Origin: an uncultured Gemmatimonadales bacterium
Lineage (GTDB): Bacteria > Gemmatimonadota > Gemmatimonadetes > Longimicrobiales > RSA9
Direction of reading: 5' to 3'
DNA: 64,000 nt
NCBI GenBank assembly: GCA_963798845.1
Contig: CAWCUS010000005.1
Location: 320,001 to 384,000, forward strand
Shown here: one piece after another, positions 29,935 to 39,628 of the stretch
Position numbering within the stretch: the stretch's first letter is position 1
Layout: each line of letters opens with the position of its first letter
Translations under genes and position numbers: made by a program
Notes under the pieces: generated by a model
Seen by the model: the letters and a program-made list of their open reading frames with translations, nothing else
The model's database searches: none
What the model was told of the DNA's origin: nothing

Positions 29935-31458
29935 CTACGCCCCGCCGGCGGTGACGGGCGCCGAATCGGACGGGGCCTCGCGGGCGCCCGGGCGTCGCCC
30001 GACGGCGAGGCCGACGCCGCCGACCAGGAGCGACGCCGCTATGGCGAACGTCGCGGGGACAGCCGGATTGTTGTGGTACACGGTGACGTGGCCGTAGTAC
30101 ATGCCGAAGTGGACGGCGATGGCCGTGGCCGATGCCGCCCAGATCCACCACTTCGCCATGCTGGTCGTGAAGACGCCCAGCAGGATCGCGACGAACGTGG
30201 CGGCGAAGAGACCGTAGACACCGTTCTGCGCGAAGATCGCGACGCTCAGCGACGGCGCCACGATCTGCTTCCACGACAGCGCCACGGTCACGGGCGCCAG
30301 GGCGACGAGGAACCAGCGCGCGTACACCAGCGAGCGCGCCTTCCACACCGGGTCGTCGCGTCGCCCGCCGCCGGTGACGTGGCGGAGGAAGTCGTTGGCG
30401 AAGATGGAGCTGAGCGCCACCAGGATGGCTTCCATGGTGGAGAAGCCCGCGGCCAGGAGCCCGAGCACCACCACCGCCCGCGTGAACGAGCTGAACCGGG
30501 TCACCATGTACGTGGCCATCACCATGTCCGGCGCCAGCGTCTCACCGGTGAGCGACAGACGCGCGAAGAGCCCGGTGACCAGCACGGCGAAGAAGAGCCC
30601 GGACACCACCACGGCGGTGCCGAGATAGCGGTTCACGTCCTTCTCGCTCCGCAGGTAGAGCGACTTCGAGATGATGTGCGGCTGGAGGATGATGGCGAGC
30701 CCCACCACGAAGTTGGCCACGAACACCTCGAACCAGTCGCGGAAGAGCAGGCTGGAAGGGTTCGTGGCCTCCGCGTAGTGAGGGCCGACGGCCGCGAGGC
30801 GGTGGAAGAAGCCGCCCATGCCGTCGCCGAAGAACTTCGCGCCGGACCCGAGAAAGAGCAGCGCCACCACGATCATGATGGCGGCCTGCATGGTATTCGT
30901 GAGCACGTGCGTGCCCGCACCACCCAGCAGGATGTACGTGAACGTGAAGGCCACGACCGCCACCAGCGCGGCCCAGGTCGGGATCGCGAGCGCCTGCCCC
31001 AGCACCAGGGTCAGTCCGACGACGATCAGCACCAGGAAGCTCACCTGGAGCAGGCTCAGCACGGCGAACCAGACGCTCAGCCGGCTGTCGCCGAAGCGAT
31101 CGCCGATCCACTGGGGCACGGTGAGCACGCGCGTCTGGTCACCGATCCGGCGGAAGCTCTTCGAGAACACCACCAGCCCCAGGAACATCCCCAGCGGCGC
31201 CGCCACCGCGTAGCCGAGCACGCCCGACCAGCCGTACAGGTAGATCAGCCCGGGGTTGATGACGAACGTCGCCGCGCTGGTCAGGCTCGCCGCCAGGCTC
31301 AGTCCCACCGCCACGGGGCTCACCTGCCGGGATCCGACCGAGTAGCTCTCCATGGTCGACGCCCGCCGCGCGCGCCACGCGATCGCGGCCACGAAGACCG
31401 CGTACGCCGCCACCAGCACCCACGACCACAGCGATTCGCTCACGTGTCGTAGCCCCAT
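29935..31458 (-). CDS. Sodium:solute symporter (SSS/PanF-PutP-like)
   Basis: About 13 TM segments; SLAASLTSAATF..PG, AAGFST; overlaps the upstream gene end. Confidence 0.88.
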   Translation of the reverse strand: MGLRHVSESLWSWVLVAAYAVFVAAIAWRARRASTMESYSVGSRQVSPVAVGLSLAASLTSAATFVINPGLIYLYGWSGVLGYAVAAPLGMFLGLVVFSKSFRRIGDQTRVLTVPQWIGDRFGDSRLSVWFAVLSLLQVSFLVLIVVGLTLVLGQALAIPTWAALVAVVAFTFTYILLGGAGTHVLTNTMQAAIMIVVALLFLGSGAKFFGDGMGGFFHRLAAVGPHYAEATNPSSLLFRDWFEVFVANFVVGLAIILQPHIISKSLYLRSEKDVNRYLGTAVVVSGLFFAVLVTGLFARLSLTGETLAPDMVMATYMVTRFSSFTRAVVVLGLLAAGFSTMEAILVALSSIFANDFLRHVTGGGRRDDPVWKARSLVYARWFLVALAPVTVALSWKQIVAPSLSVAIFAQNGVYGLFAATFVAILLGVFTTSMAKWWIWAASATAIAVHFGMYYGHVTVYHNNPAVPATFAIAASLLVGGVGLAVGRRPGAREAPSDSAPVTAGGA

Positions 31459-32480
31459 TCCATGGCCAGGGCGGCCATCGCCATGCCGCCGCCCGAGCCC
31501 ATGAGCACCACCAGGTCACCGGCCTTCAGCAGGTGACGATCGGCGGCATCCGCCATCGCCATCGGGATGCACGCGCTCCCCGTGTAGGCGAAACGGGTCA
31601 TCACGTTGTGGGAACGGTCCCGCGGCACGCCCAGTATGTCCAGCGTCTGATCGATGCTGTTGATGTTGATCTGCGTGAAGAAGTAGCGGGCCACGTCGCC
31701 CGGCTCCTTCCCGATCTTGCCCAGCACGCTGCGGATCAGACGCGGCCAGTGCGTCGGGTTCGTCTCCGGCGGGAACTTCTTCGCGAACCGCAGCAGGTGG
31801 TCCTTCCGCTCCAGCGCTTCGGGCGTCACCGGCATGAACGTGCCGCCCGCGTAGATCCCCATGTAATCGTGGAAGGAGCCCTCGGCGTACAGCTCGCTGG
31901 CCAGGATCCCGGCGCCGGACCCGGATCCGGGCTCCGGGGCAGAGGCATGGTCCGCCGCGCTCACCACCGCGGCGCCCGCGCCATCGGCGAAGAGCGTGGC
32001 CAGCTTGTAGTCGTCGAAATCGAGGTACTTGCTCATGCCGTACGCCCCGGCAATGAGCACGTGCCGGTACGACGGGTCCGCCACGATGTACTTCCACGCC
32101 AGGTCCGCGATCGTGACGAAGCCCGCGCAGGCGGTGTTCACATCGAAAGTGCCGGCGTTCACGGCGCCCAGCTTGTGCTGCACCACCGATGCCGTGGAAG
32201 GCGAGATGTAGTCGGGCGTGTCCGTCGCGACGACCACCAGGTCCAGATCCTCCGACCCGATCCCGGACTCCGCGAGCGCCTCCCGGGCCGCCGGGACCAC
32301 CAGGTCCGACGTGGCCTGGTCCGCCGCCATGAAGTGACGCGTCTCGATGTTCCGGTTCGCCCGGAGGAACGCGTCCACGTCCATCCCGTAACGCTCGTTG
32401 AACTCCGCGTTCGGGATCGCTCGCCCCGGAGCGCACAGGCCCGTGCCCGTCACCACCGCACGCCGCGTCCGCTCGCTCAT
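31440..32480 (-). CDS. 3-oxoacyl-ACP synthase III (FabH-like) family protein with non-canonical active site
   Basis: ATDTPDY..PSTA, FDVNTACAGF (catalytic Cys), LFADGAGA, GSGGG; HQAN is replaced by TQIN and GNT by AYT. Confidence 0.88.
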   Translation of the reverse strand: MSERTRRAVVTGTGLCAPGRAIPNAEFNERYGMDVDAFLRANRNIETRHFMAADQATSDLVVPAAREALAESGIGSEDLDLVVVATDTPDYISPSTASVVQHKLGAVNAGTFDVNTACAGFVTIADLAWKYIVADPSYRHVLIAGAYGMSKYLDFDDYKLATLFADGAGAAVVSAADHASAPEPGSGSGAGILASELYAEGSFHDYMGIYAGGTFMPVTPEALERKDHLLRFAKKFPPETNPTHWPRLIRSVLGKIGKEPGDVARYFFTQININSIDQTLDILGVPRDRSHNVMTRFAYTGSACIPMAMADAADRHLLKAGDLVVLMGSGGGMAMAALAMEWGYDT

Positions 32481-32487
32481 GCCACCC

Positions 32488-33096
32488 TCACTCCGCCTCC
32501 GGACGCGGGCTCAGCCCGTCGTGGATGAACTTGCGAAGGCTCTCCAGCGCCTCCTCCGGAGGCTCCCGGTCCTCCCATACCACCCAGCGCATTCCCATGA
32601 AATGCGCCGCCCCCATGAGCGCGTACGCCACCGTCTCCGGATCCAGCCGCCGGATCTCGCCCGCCTCCATCGCCGTCGCCAGCCCCTTCGTGTAGCCCGC
32701 CGCCAGACGCTCGTAGTACCAGCGGAAGAGCGCCGGGTCGATGAACTGGCTCTCGAACACGATCCGGTACAGGTCCCGGTGCGCCGACGCGAATCGCAGG
32801 AAGCTCCGAAGCCCGGCCTCCTCCACCGCCAGGCGACCCTCCACCCCCGCCAGCTCACGGGCTATCGTCAGCCGCAGCCGGTGGCTCAGCGAGCGCACCA
32901 GCTCGCTGAAGACTTCGTCCTTGCCGTGGAAATACAGGTAGAACGTGCCCTGCCCCACGCCGGCCTGCGTCGTGATCCCCGTGACGGAGGTGGCGTGGTA
33001 GCCGGCGCGGCCGAAGAGTGCCTCCGCGGCGTCCAGCAGCTTCTGGCGCGTGGCTTCGCCGCGCGCGGTGCGAGGTTTCCGAGAGGCCCGGATCAT
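32488..33096 (-). CDS. TetR/AcrR family transcriptional regulator
   Basis: HTH region TRQKLLDAAEALF...GYHATSV..I...AGVGQGTFYLYF.GKDE. Confidence 0.93.
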   Translation of the reverse strand: MIRASRKPRTARGEATRQKLLDAAEALFGRAGYHATSVTGITTQAGVGQGTFYLYFHGKDEVFSELVRSLSHRLRLTIARELAGVEGRLAVEEAGLRSFLRFASAHRDLYRIVFESQFIDPALFRWYYERLAAGYTKGLATAMEAGEIRRLDPETVAYALMGAAHFMGMRWVVWEDREPPEEALESLRKFIHDGLSPRPEAE

Positions 33097-33139
33097 GGGA
33101 CTGTGCGCTCGATTCGTGGGACGTCCGGGGCGTACATGA

Positions 33140-33161
33140 AACCTGAATCGGGTGTCAGGTT
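33140..33161. promoter_or_regulatory. Candidate TetR operator AACCTGA-N8-TCAGGTT
   Basis: Perfect 7-bp inverted repeat about 45 bp upstream of the tetR start. Confidence 0.55.
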
Positions 33162-33216
33162 AATGGATGCACCCCCGCACCGCCGGTGTCAATGGGCGAC
33201 AGGTCGGACCGTGGAC

Positions 33217-36199
33217 TCAGCCGCCGAGCGGGCGCGGGTCCGGCTTCACGGTGAACGTCCGCGTGTAGCGCTTGCCGTCGACCGTGAGCCTGGCCGTGAA
33301 CTCGCCGGGGAGCGTGACCACGGGCTCCTCGGGGCCGCGGCGGCCGAACCCGCCGAATCCGCGGGCGCGGCCGGTGTTCGGCTTCCACACCGCGCGGTGC
33401 ATCCCGGCCCTGGCGGAGAACCGCTCGGGCGGGCGCCGCCAGATGCTGGCGGTGTTGGGGATGCCGCCCTGACCGCCCTGACCTCCCTGCCCGCCCTGGC
33501 CGCCGGCGCCCCGCCTCGCCGCTTCCGGCGCTTCCTCGCTGGAGAAGGTGCGCAGCACCTGTCCCTGGCCATCGAGGATGTCGAGGGTGACCGGGCCCTG
33601 CGCGTCGTGGGCGAGCCAGTAGTCGATGTAGGCGCCGTCGGGCGGGTTCTCGGCCTGGGGCTCGTCCTGCTGCATGCGCATGCCGTTGTCGCCGCCCTGG
33701 TCGTAGTCGATCGGCCGTGGCGGGCTGGAACAGGTATGCGTCGGCCGTGGCGATGGCCGGGTCGGCCTGGCGCAGCGGGCCGATGTCGTCGATCACCCAG
33801 AAGCCGCGGCCGTGGGTGGCGACGATCAGGTCGCCCTGGTAGACCTGGAAGTCGCGCACGGAGTTGGGCGGCAGGTCGAGCTGGAGCGGCTGCCAGTGGT
33901 CGCCATCGTCGAAGGAGACGAACGCGCCGCGCTCGGTGCCGGCGAACAGCAGCCCCCGCCGCTCGGGGTCCTCCTTCACGACGTGCACGTACACGCCTGC
34001 GGGGAGGCCGTCGGTGATGCGCTGCCAGCTCTTCCCCAAGTCGCGCGTGCGGTAGATGTACGGGTCGAAGTCCTCGAGCTGGTGCCTGTCGACGCTGGCG
34101 TACGCGGTGGCCTCGTCGAAGTGCGACGCTTCGATCGTGGTGACGCGGCTCCACGGCGTGAGCGCCTTCGGGGTCACGTCGCGCCAGGTGTCGCCGTCAT
34201 CGGGCGTGGCCTGGATGAGGCCGTCGTCGGTGCCGATCCACACCAGCGGCGCGCGCAGCGGCGAGGGGGAGATGGTGTAGACCACGCCGCGCCGGTCGTT
34301 GCCGACGTCGTCGGCGGCGGCCCTGTCGAGGTTTCCGGGGATGCCCGGGTTCGGTCGCGTCAGGTCCGGACTGATCCGCTTCCACGACGCCGCGCCGTCG
34401 CTCGACTTGAAGACGAACTGGTTGGCGTAGTAGAGCGCGTGCGGGTCGGCGGGCGACAGCACCAGCGGCTGCGTCCAGTCGTGTCGCGCCGGCTCGGGGG
34501 ACTCGGGCGCCGTGGTGCCGGGAACGAACCGGTTCTGCGCCAGGTCGAAGCGGCTGCCCGTGCCCCCGTAGACGACGCCGGGGTGGAGCGGGTCGCCGGC
34601 CGTGCAGCCGCTCTCGCCGCCCGCCCCCACCGGCTCCCAGTCGCGCTCGGAGATCTCGCCGAACTTGCCGCGCGAGCGCACGCCCACGGCACCGCTGTCC
34701 TGCTGCGCGCCGGTGACCCAGTACGGAAAGCGGTAGTCCACGGAAAGGTGGTAGATCTGCGCGGTGGGCTGGTTGTACCACGAGCTCCAGTCCACTTCGG
34801 CGGGGTCCGCCCTCGCGTTGCGCGTGATGACGGTGCCCTGGTCGCTCGACGTGATGAGCGTGTCCGGGTCCTCGGGCGAGATCCACGCCTGGTGGTAGTC
34901 GTCGCCGCCGGGCGAGCCCTTGAGCGCCACCCACGTGTGGCCGCCGTCATCCGAGCGCGAAAGCGAGACGTTGGACACGTAGACCACGTCCGCGTCGGTG
35001 GGGTCCACCACCACGTGCTCGAAGTACCAGCCGCGGCCCCACAGCGCCATGTCGGACGACAGCCGCGTCCAAGTCTCGCCGCCGTCGTCGGAGCGGAAGA
35101 AGCCTCCCTGGAGCGGCATCCCCGGGTTCGTCCCGTACGGGTTCGCGGCGGGCTCCTCCGGCGGCTTCGCCCCCGGCTCCGGCAGCAGGCAGTCCACCAT
35201 GGCGTACACGCGGCTCGGGTCGGTGGCCGCCACCGCGATGCCGGTGCGGCCGATCCCCTCCGGCGGCAGCCCGGCGGTGAGCTGCTTCCACGTGTCGCCG
35301 CCGTCCGTGGACTTCCAGATGCCGCCGCCCGGACCGTTCGTGGGCGGGTAGACGAACCACGGCGGCCGGCGCGTGTTCCACAGCCCGGCGTACACCACGT
35401 CCGGGTTCGTCGGGTCGATCACCACTTCGACCGCGCCCACGTCCGGACCCCTGTACAGCACTTTCTTCCAGCTCCGGCCGCCGTCCTTCGACCGGAACAC
35501 GCCGCGCTGCTCGCTGCCGCCGTAGTAGTGCCCGATGGCCGCCACGAACACCGTGTCCGCGTCCGTCGGGTGCACCGCCACCCTGCCGATGTGGCGCGTG
35601 TCCTCCAGCCCCAGGTGCGTCCAAGTGGCGCCCGCGTCCGTCGACCTGTACACGCCGTTGCCGAACCCCGTGGAGTCCCGCAGCGTGGAGTCGCCGGTGC
35701 CCACGTACACCGTGTCCGGCGACGACGGCGCCACCGCCATCGCCCCGATGGACGCCACCGGCTGGTCGTCGAACACCGGCTTCCACACGCCGCCGCCGTT
35801 GATGGTCTTCCACACCCCGCCGTTCACGTGCCCGAAGTAGAACTCGTTCGGCCGCCCCGGCACGCCCGTGGCGGCGTTGCAGCGCCCCCCGCGGAACGGG
35901 CCCAGCATGCGCCAGCGGAGGCCGGAGAAGAGCCCCTCCGGCACCGGCCCCGATGCGGCGGGCCACGTCCCCGTCGCCCGCCGGTCGTCGCCCAGCCCCA
36001 CCGCGCGCAGCACCGAGCCCGGCAGCCCGCGCGGCCGCAGCAGCCCGGTCAGCCCGGGCACCAGCAGCATGGCGCCGCCTGCCTGCCCGGCGCGGAGGAC
36101 GAAGTCCCTGCGGGTGACCGGGCGCGCGTCCGGGACATCGCTGGAAACGGGTGAGCGGTCGCGGCCCGGCTCTTCGGCCGCGGGGAGCCTGCGTGACAA
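33217..36199 (-). CDS. Tat-exported VPS10/BNR-repeat beta-propeller (putative glycosyl hydrolase), frameshifted at 33712
   Basis: TTG after AGGAGG; TRRDFV Tat motif; WRMLGPFRGGR, many S.DGG.TW BNR repeats, DLIVATHGRGFW. Removing C33712 restores ATAIDYDQGGDNG and joins ORF 33217..33681. Confidence 0.85.
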
Positions 36200-36471
36200 G
36201 AGCGCCTCCTGGTGCGTGGATCGGGAGACAACATGGCCGACCGGCGGCGCCGGGGCCAGCCGACGTGCGCACCAGCGCCAGCACTCCGCCGCCGGCTCCC
36301 CTCCCGGCCGGCTCACCGTCACGCCCGACGCGAGATGGTCGTTCAGGTAGGGGCGGCCGGGGCGGCCGGGGCGGCCGGGACTGCGGGGGCGGCCGGAATC
36401 GCTGCCGCGGGCGCCCTGGCCGTGGAAACCGCTCTGCCGCATTCTGCGTTCGCACCCGAGACCCGCGTTTC

Positions 36472-38004
36472 ATGCCGCAGCCACATCGATCGTTCCCGAC
36501 CGTCCTCGCGCTGGCGGCGCTCCCGCTGTGGGCGTGCGACCACGAGGCCACCGCTCCGCGCGTTCCGCCCGACGTGGCCGGGGCGGTGGCCACGATCACC
36601 GCCGCCGACGTGGCCGGGCGGGTGGGGATCATCGCGGATGACAGCATGGGCGGGCGGAACACGCCGAGCCCGGGACTCGAGGCCACGGCGTCGTACATGG
36701 CGTCGGAGCTCGAGGCCATGGGGCTGGAAGCATCCGGCACCGGGTACATACAGCGCTACCCGTTCGCGTACCCGGTGCGGGACGACGCCAGCCTCCTGCT
36801 GGAGCTGGCCGTCGGGCAGACGCCGGCGCTGGAGGTCGGGCGCGACCTCGTGATGTTCGGGGCGGCGCCGGAGCGCGGCGACACGGTGGGCCGGATCGTC
36901 TGGGGCGGCCCCGCGTCGGACCCGGAGGCGCCGGGCCGGCTCGGCGTGCCTCTGGCCGGCCGGGTCGTGCTGTACGACCTGCCCGTGTCCCGGTACGACC
37001 TGGCCGCGGTCCTGGCGACGACCGGCGCGCAGCAGGCGGCGATCGAGGGCGACGCGGCGGCGATCGGCTTCGTGGTGGGTCCCGGGTTCGGCGAGCAGGA
37101 GATGGCCGCCGCGCTCGCGCGCAGTCCCCGCCACGAGCGGTGGATCCCGGAGTTCTGGATCCGGCAGCCTGCGGCGGAGGCGCTGCTCTCGGCCGCGGGA
37201 GCCGACCTGGCGTCCCTCCGGTCGGGTGCGCCGCGGGTCCTGGACGACTCCCTGCGCGTGCGCGCGCTCCTGGCGGAGGCGACGGCGCTGGCGCCCAACG
37301 TGGTGGCCGTGCTGCCCGGCTCCGATCCGTCGCTGCGCGCCGAGTACGTGGTCGTGTCGGCCCACTACGACCACCTCGGGATCGGGTTGGCGGACGCGAC
37401 CGGGGACTCGATCTACAACGGCGCCGACGACAACGGGTCCGGGACCACCGCCGTGCTCGAGGTCGCGGAAGCGATGGCGTCGCTGGAGACCCCGCCCGCC
37501 CGGTCACTCCTCTTCCTCCTGGTGAGCGGCGAGGAGCGCGGGCTCATCGGGTCCTCGTACTTCGCCCGGCACCCGACCGTGCCGCTGTCGAGCATCGTCG
37601 CCGACATCAACCTGGACATGGTCGGGCGCAACGATCCGGCCGAGGTGATCGGCGTGGGCAGCGAGTACACCAGCCTCGGCGACCTCGCCACTTCGCTCGC
37701 CCGCGACACCGACGCCCTGGGGCTCAGCGTCCTCCCCGACCTCGCGCCCGACGAGCACCTGTTCTTCCGCAGCGACCAGCTCGTGTTCGCCTGCCGCGAA
37801 ATCCCCTCCCTCTTCTTCACCGACGGGGGCCACGCCGACTACCACACCGTGAGCGACGAGGTGGACAGGCTCGACACCGACAAGATCGCCCGCGTCGCGA
37901 GGCTGGCGTTCTACCTCGCCTACGACGTGGCGGACGCGAAGGACCCGCCGACGTGGACGTCCGCCGGGCGAGCGGCGCTGAGCGAGAACGTGAGGTGCCC
38001 GTGA
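36472..38004 (+). CDS. M28 family metallopeptidase lipoprotein
   Basis: Lipobox LWAC; motifs SAHYDH, NGADDNGSG, GEERGLIGS, NLDMVGR, RSD, DYHTVSD. Confidence 0.92.
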   Translation: MPQPHRSFPTVLALAALPLWACDHEATAPRVPPDVAGAVATITAADVAGRVGIIADDSMGGRNTPSPGLEATASYMASELEAMGLEASGTGYIQRYPFAYPVRDDASLLLELAVGQTPALEVGRDLVMFGAAPERGDTVGRIVWGGPASDPEAPGRLGVPLAGRVVLYDLPVSRYDLAAVLATTGAQQAAIEGDAAAIGFVVGPGFGEQEMAAALARSPRHERWIPEFWIRQPAAEALLSAAGADLASLRSGAPRVLDDSLRVRALLAEATALAPNVVAVLPGSDPSLRAEYVVVSAHYDHLGIGLADATGDSIYNGADDNGSGTTAVLEVAEAMASLETPPARSLLFLLVSGEERGLIGSSYFARHPTVPLSSIVADINLDMVGRNDPAEVIGVGSEYTSLGDLATSLARDTDALGLSVLPDLAPDEHLFFRSDQLVFACREIPSLFFTDGGHADYHTVSDEVDRLDTDKIARVARLAFYLAYDVADAKDPPTWTSAGRAALSENVRCP

Positions 38005-38580
38005 ACTGGAGCCGGAAGGAAGTCGAGCGAAGGTGCCTGGCGACCTCCGACGCGGCGAGGGTGCCGAGCCACGGGGTGGTGCTGGTGCGGGCGGTGGGGC
38101 AGTAAGGGCGACGCCACCAACCGTGGCACATCGACGGACTCAATGATGGGCGGCGGAGCAGGCGGAGGAATGGCGCGGCGGGACGCATCGGGAGGCGGGC
38201 GTCCAGCCACAACGCCGTGGCGGCGCACGGCAGGTCCCCCCGACGGGGGTCGATGCCGCTTCCGGCCTCGGCAACCGACCACTCGCTGCGGGCTCCGGGG
38301 TGAGTGGTCGCTCTGCGGCGGTGAGAGGCCCTGAATCGACCACTCGATCTCAGGCTGGTCGAACGAGTGGGCACTTTCAGGCCCCAGGGACCGCCAACCG
38401 ACCAATCGACCGCCGAGCTGCCGCGTGTGGTCAGGAAGCAACGCACGGCCGGCCCACGCGCCGCCGCGCCACGGGGCGGTGCGGGTGCGGGTCAGCCGTC
38501 CGCCATGGAGAGACGGACCTCGTTGACAAATGTTTCCACCTGAGGTAACGAGCGGCCGTCAGCACCGCAGTCTTGCGGCC

Positions 38581-38600
38581 TGTGTACAACCGTGCACACA
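38581..38600. promoter_or_regulatory. Probable autoregulatory operator/promoter of brnTA
   Basis: Imperfect palindrome TGTGTACAACCGTGCACA directly before the toxin start. Confidence 0.5.
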
Positions 38601-38605
38601 TTCAA

Positions 38606-38881
38606 GTGCATTAGGAGTGGGATCCGGCGAAGGCGACATCGAACCAGCAGAAGCACGGCGTTCGATTTGCGGACGCCATCGGCGTGTTCTCGGATGCCCG
38701 GGCGCTGGTGATGCGCGACTCGCGCCAGGACGACGAGCGGTACGTGGTCCTTGGCCTTCACGCGCTGGGGCGCCTCCTCGTAGTCGTCTACACGTGGCGC
38801 GGCCCGGACAGGATCCGCCTCATCTCCGCGCGCCCCGCCACGCGAACGGAAGCGCGGCAGTACGCGGGAGGAAGTCCGTGA
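38606..38881 (+). pseudogene. brnT: BrnT toxin with an in-frame TAG at codon 3
   Basis: GTG CAT TAG GAG TGG GAT: (V)H*EWDPAKATSNQQKHGVRFADA...ERYVVLG...LLVVVYTWR..RIRLISARPA. Confidence 0.8.
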
Positions 38882-39132
38882 ACAGAGAATACGACTTCAG
38901 CAGCACGCGCCGCGGCCCCATCAATGTGCCTCCGGCGGGCAAGACCCGGGTGACGATCCGGCTGGACAACGACGTCCTGGACTGGTTCCGCGACCAGGTC
39001 AATGCGGCGGGCGGGGGCAACTACCAGACGCTGATCAACGCGGCGCTCCGCGACTACATCGGAAGGGCCGAAGAGCCGCTCGAGGAGATGCTCCGGCGCG
39101 TGGTGCGCGAGGAGTTGGGTCGCAGCGCCTGA
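38878..39132 (+). CDS. brnA: BrnA antitoxin
   Basis: GTGA overlap with brnT; EYDFS...KTRVTIRLDNDVLDWFR...GNYQTLINAALR (RHH domain). Confidence 0.9.
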   Translation: MNREYDFSSTRRGPINVPPAGKTRVTIRLDNDVLDWFRDQVNAAGGGNYQTLINAALRDYIGRAEEPLEEMLRRVVREELGRSA

Positions 39133-39143
39133 GGCGATCCCGA

Positions 39144-39628
39144 ATGTGCTCCCGGGCGACGGCGCAACGGAAGGCGCGGAAAAAGAACCGGGCCGTGGGC
39201 CGGGCTCTCGTCGCGAAGGAACTCGCTCGTATCGTCTACCATGTCCTCTCGAAGCGGGAGGACTTCAACCATCGCTTCAAAGGCATCCCGCTCCAGCGGC
39301 GGAAAAAGCAGGAGTGGCCACGTCGGTCAAGCCCGGGCAGCTAACTGGATCGGCTTTCGCCGAGTACCGCCCCGTTTGATTGGGAAGACCGACGTCGAGC
39401 CGCCGGACGTATCTGGGACCGCTCCGCAGAGCGACCGCTGAAATGAGCAGCGGTGAGCCCGAAATGGTGTTTGGACGCCACTCCACGTCCGATTCGATAC
39501 CCACTCCGGCCCGGCCAGACCTGCCGTCGCTCGCGGAATCGAGAAGCGTCGCACGATCGAAAAGCGAATCAGAATCTCTGATTCCGCACAGATCATCGTG
39601 CTCCTTGACGAAGGACTTGTTAATGGTG
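39144..39628 (+). mobile_element. 5'-truncated IS110/IS1111-family element: transposase C-terminus plus 3' non-coding end, inserted in an attC site
   Basis: RKARKKNRAVGRALVAKELARIVYHVL resembles the IS110 C-terminal helix; 280-nt structured non-coding region; TTGACG near the right end; ends at the R'' box of the ClbS cassette attC. Confidence 0.7.
39345..39627 (+). ncRNA. Candidate bridge/seekRNA
   Basis: Lies downstream of the transposase remnant; stem-loops at 39434-39454, 39566-39584 and 39551-39601; CCGTTTG matches the attC flank and AATGGTG matches the IS end. Confidence 0.5.

Noticed and set aside
36350..36392. GGGGCGGCC x3 repeat in the BNR/M28 intergenic region
   Set aside because: Too short to distinguish from background in DNA of this GC content
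38541..38580. Fourth attC making brnTA a cassette (minus strand ...GCTGACGGCCGCTC-GTTACCT)
   Set aside because: Only a right-half resemblance; no matching R'' box and no similarity to the two intact attCs
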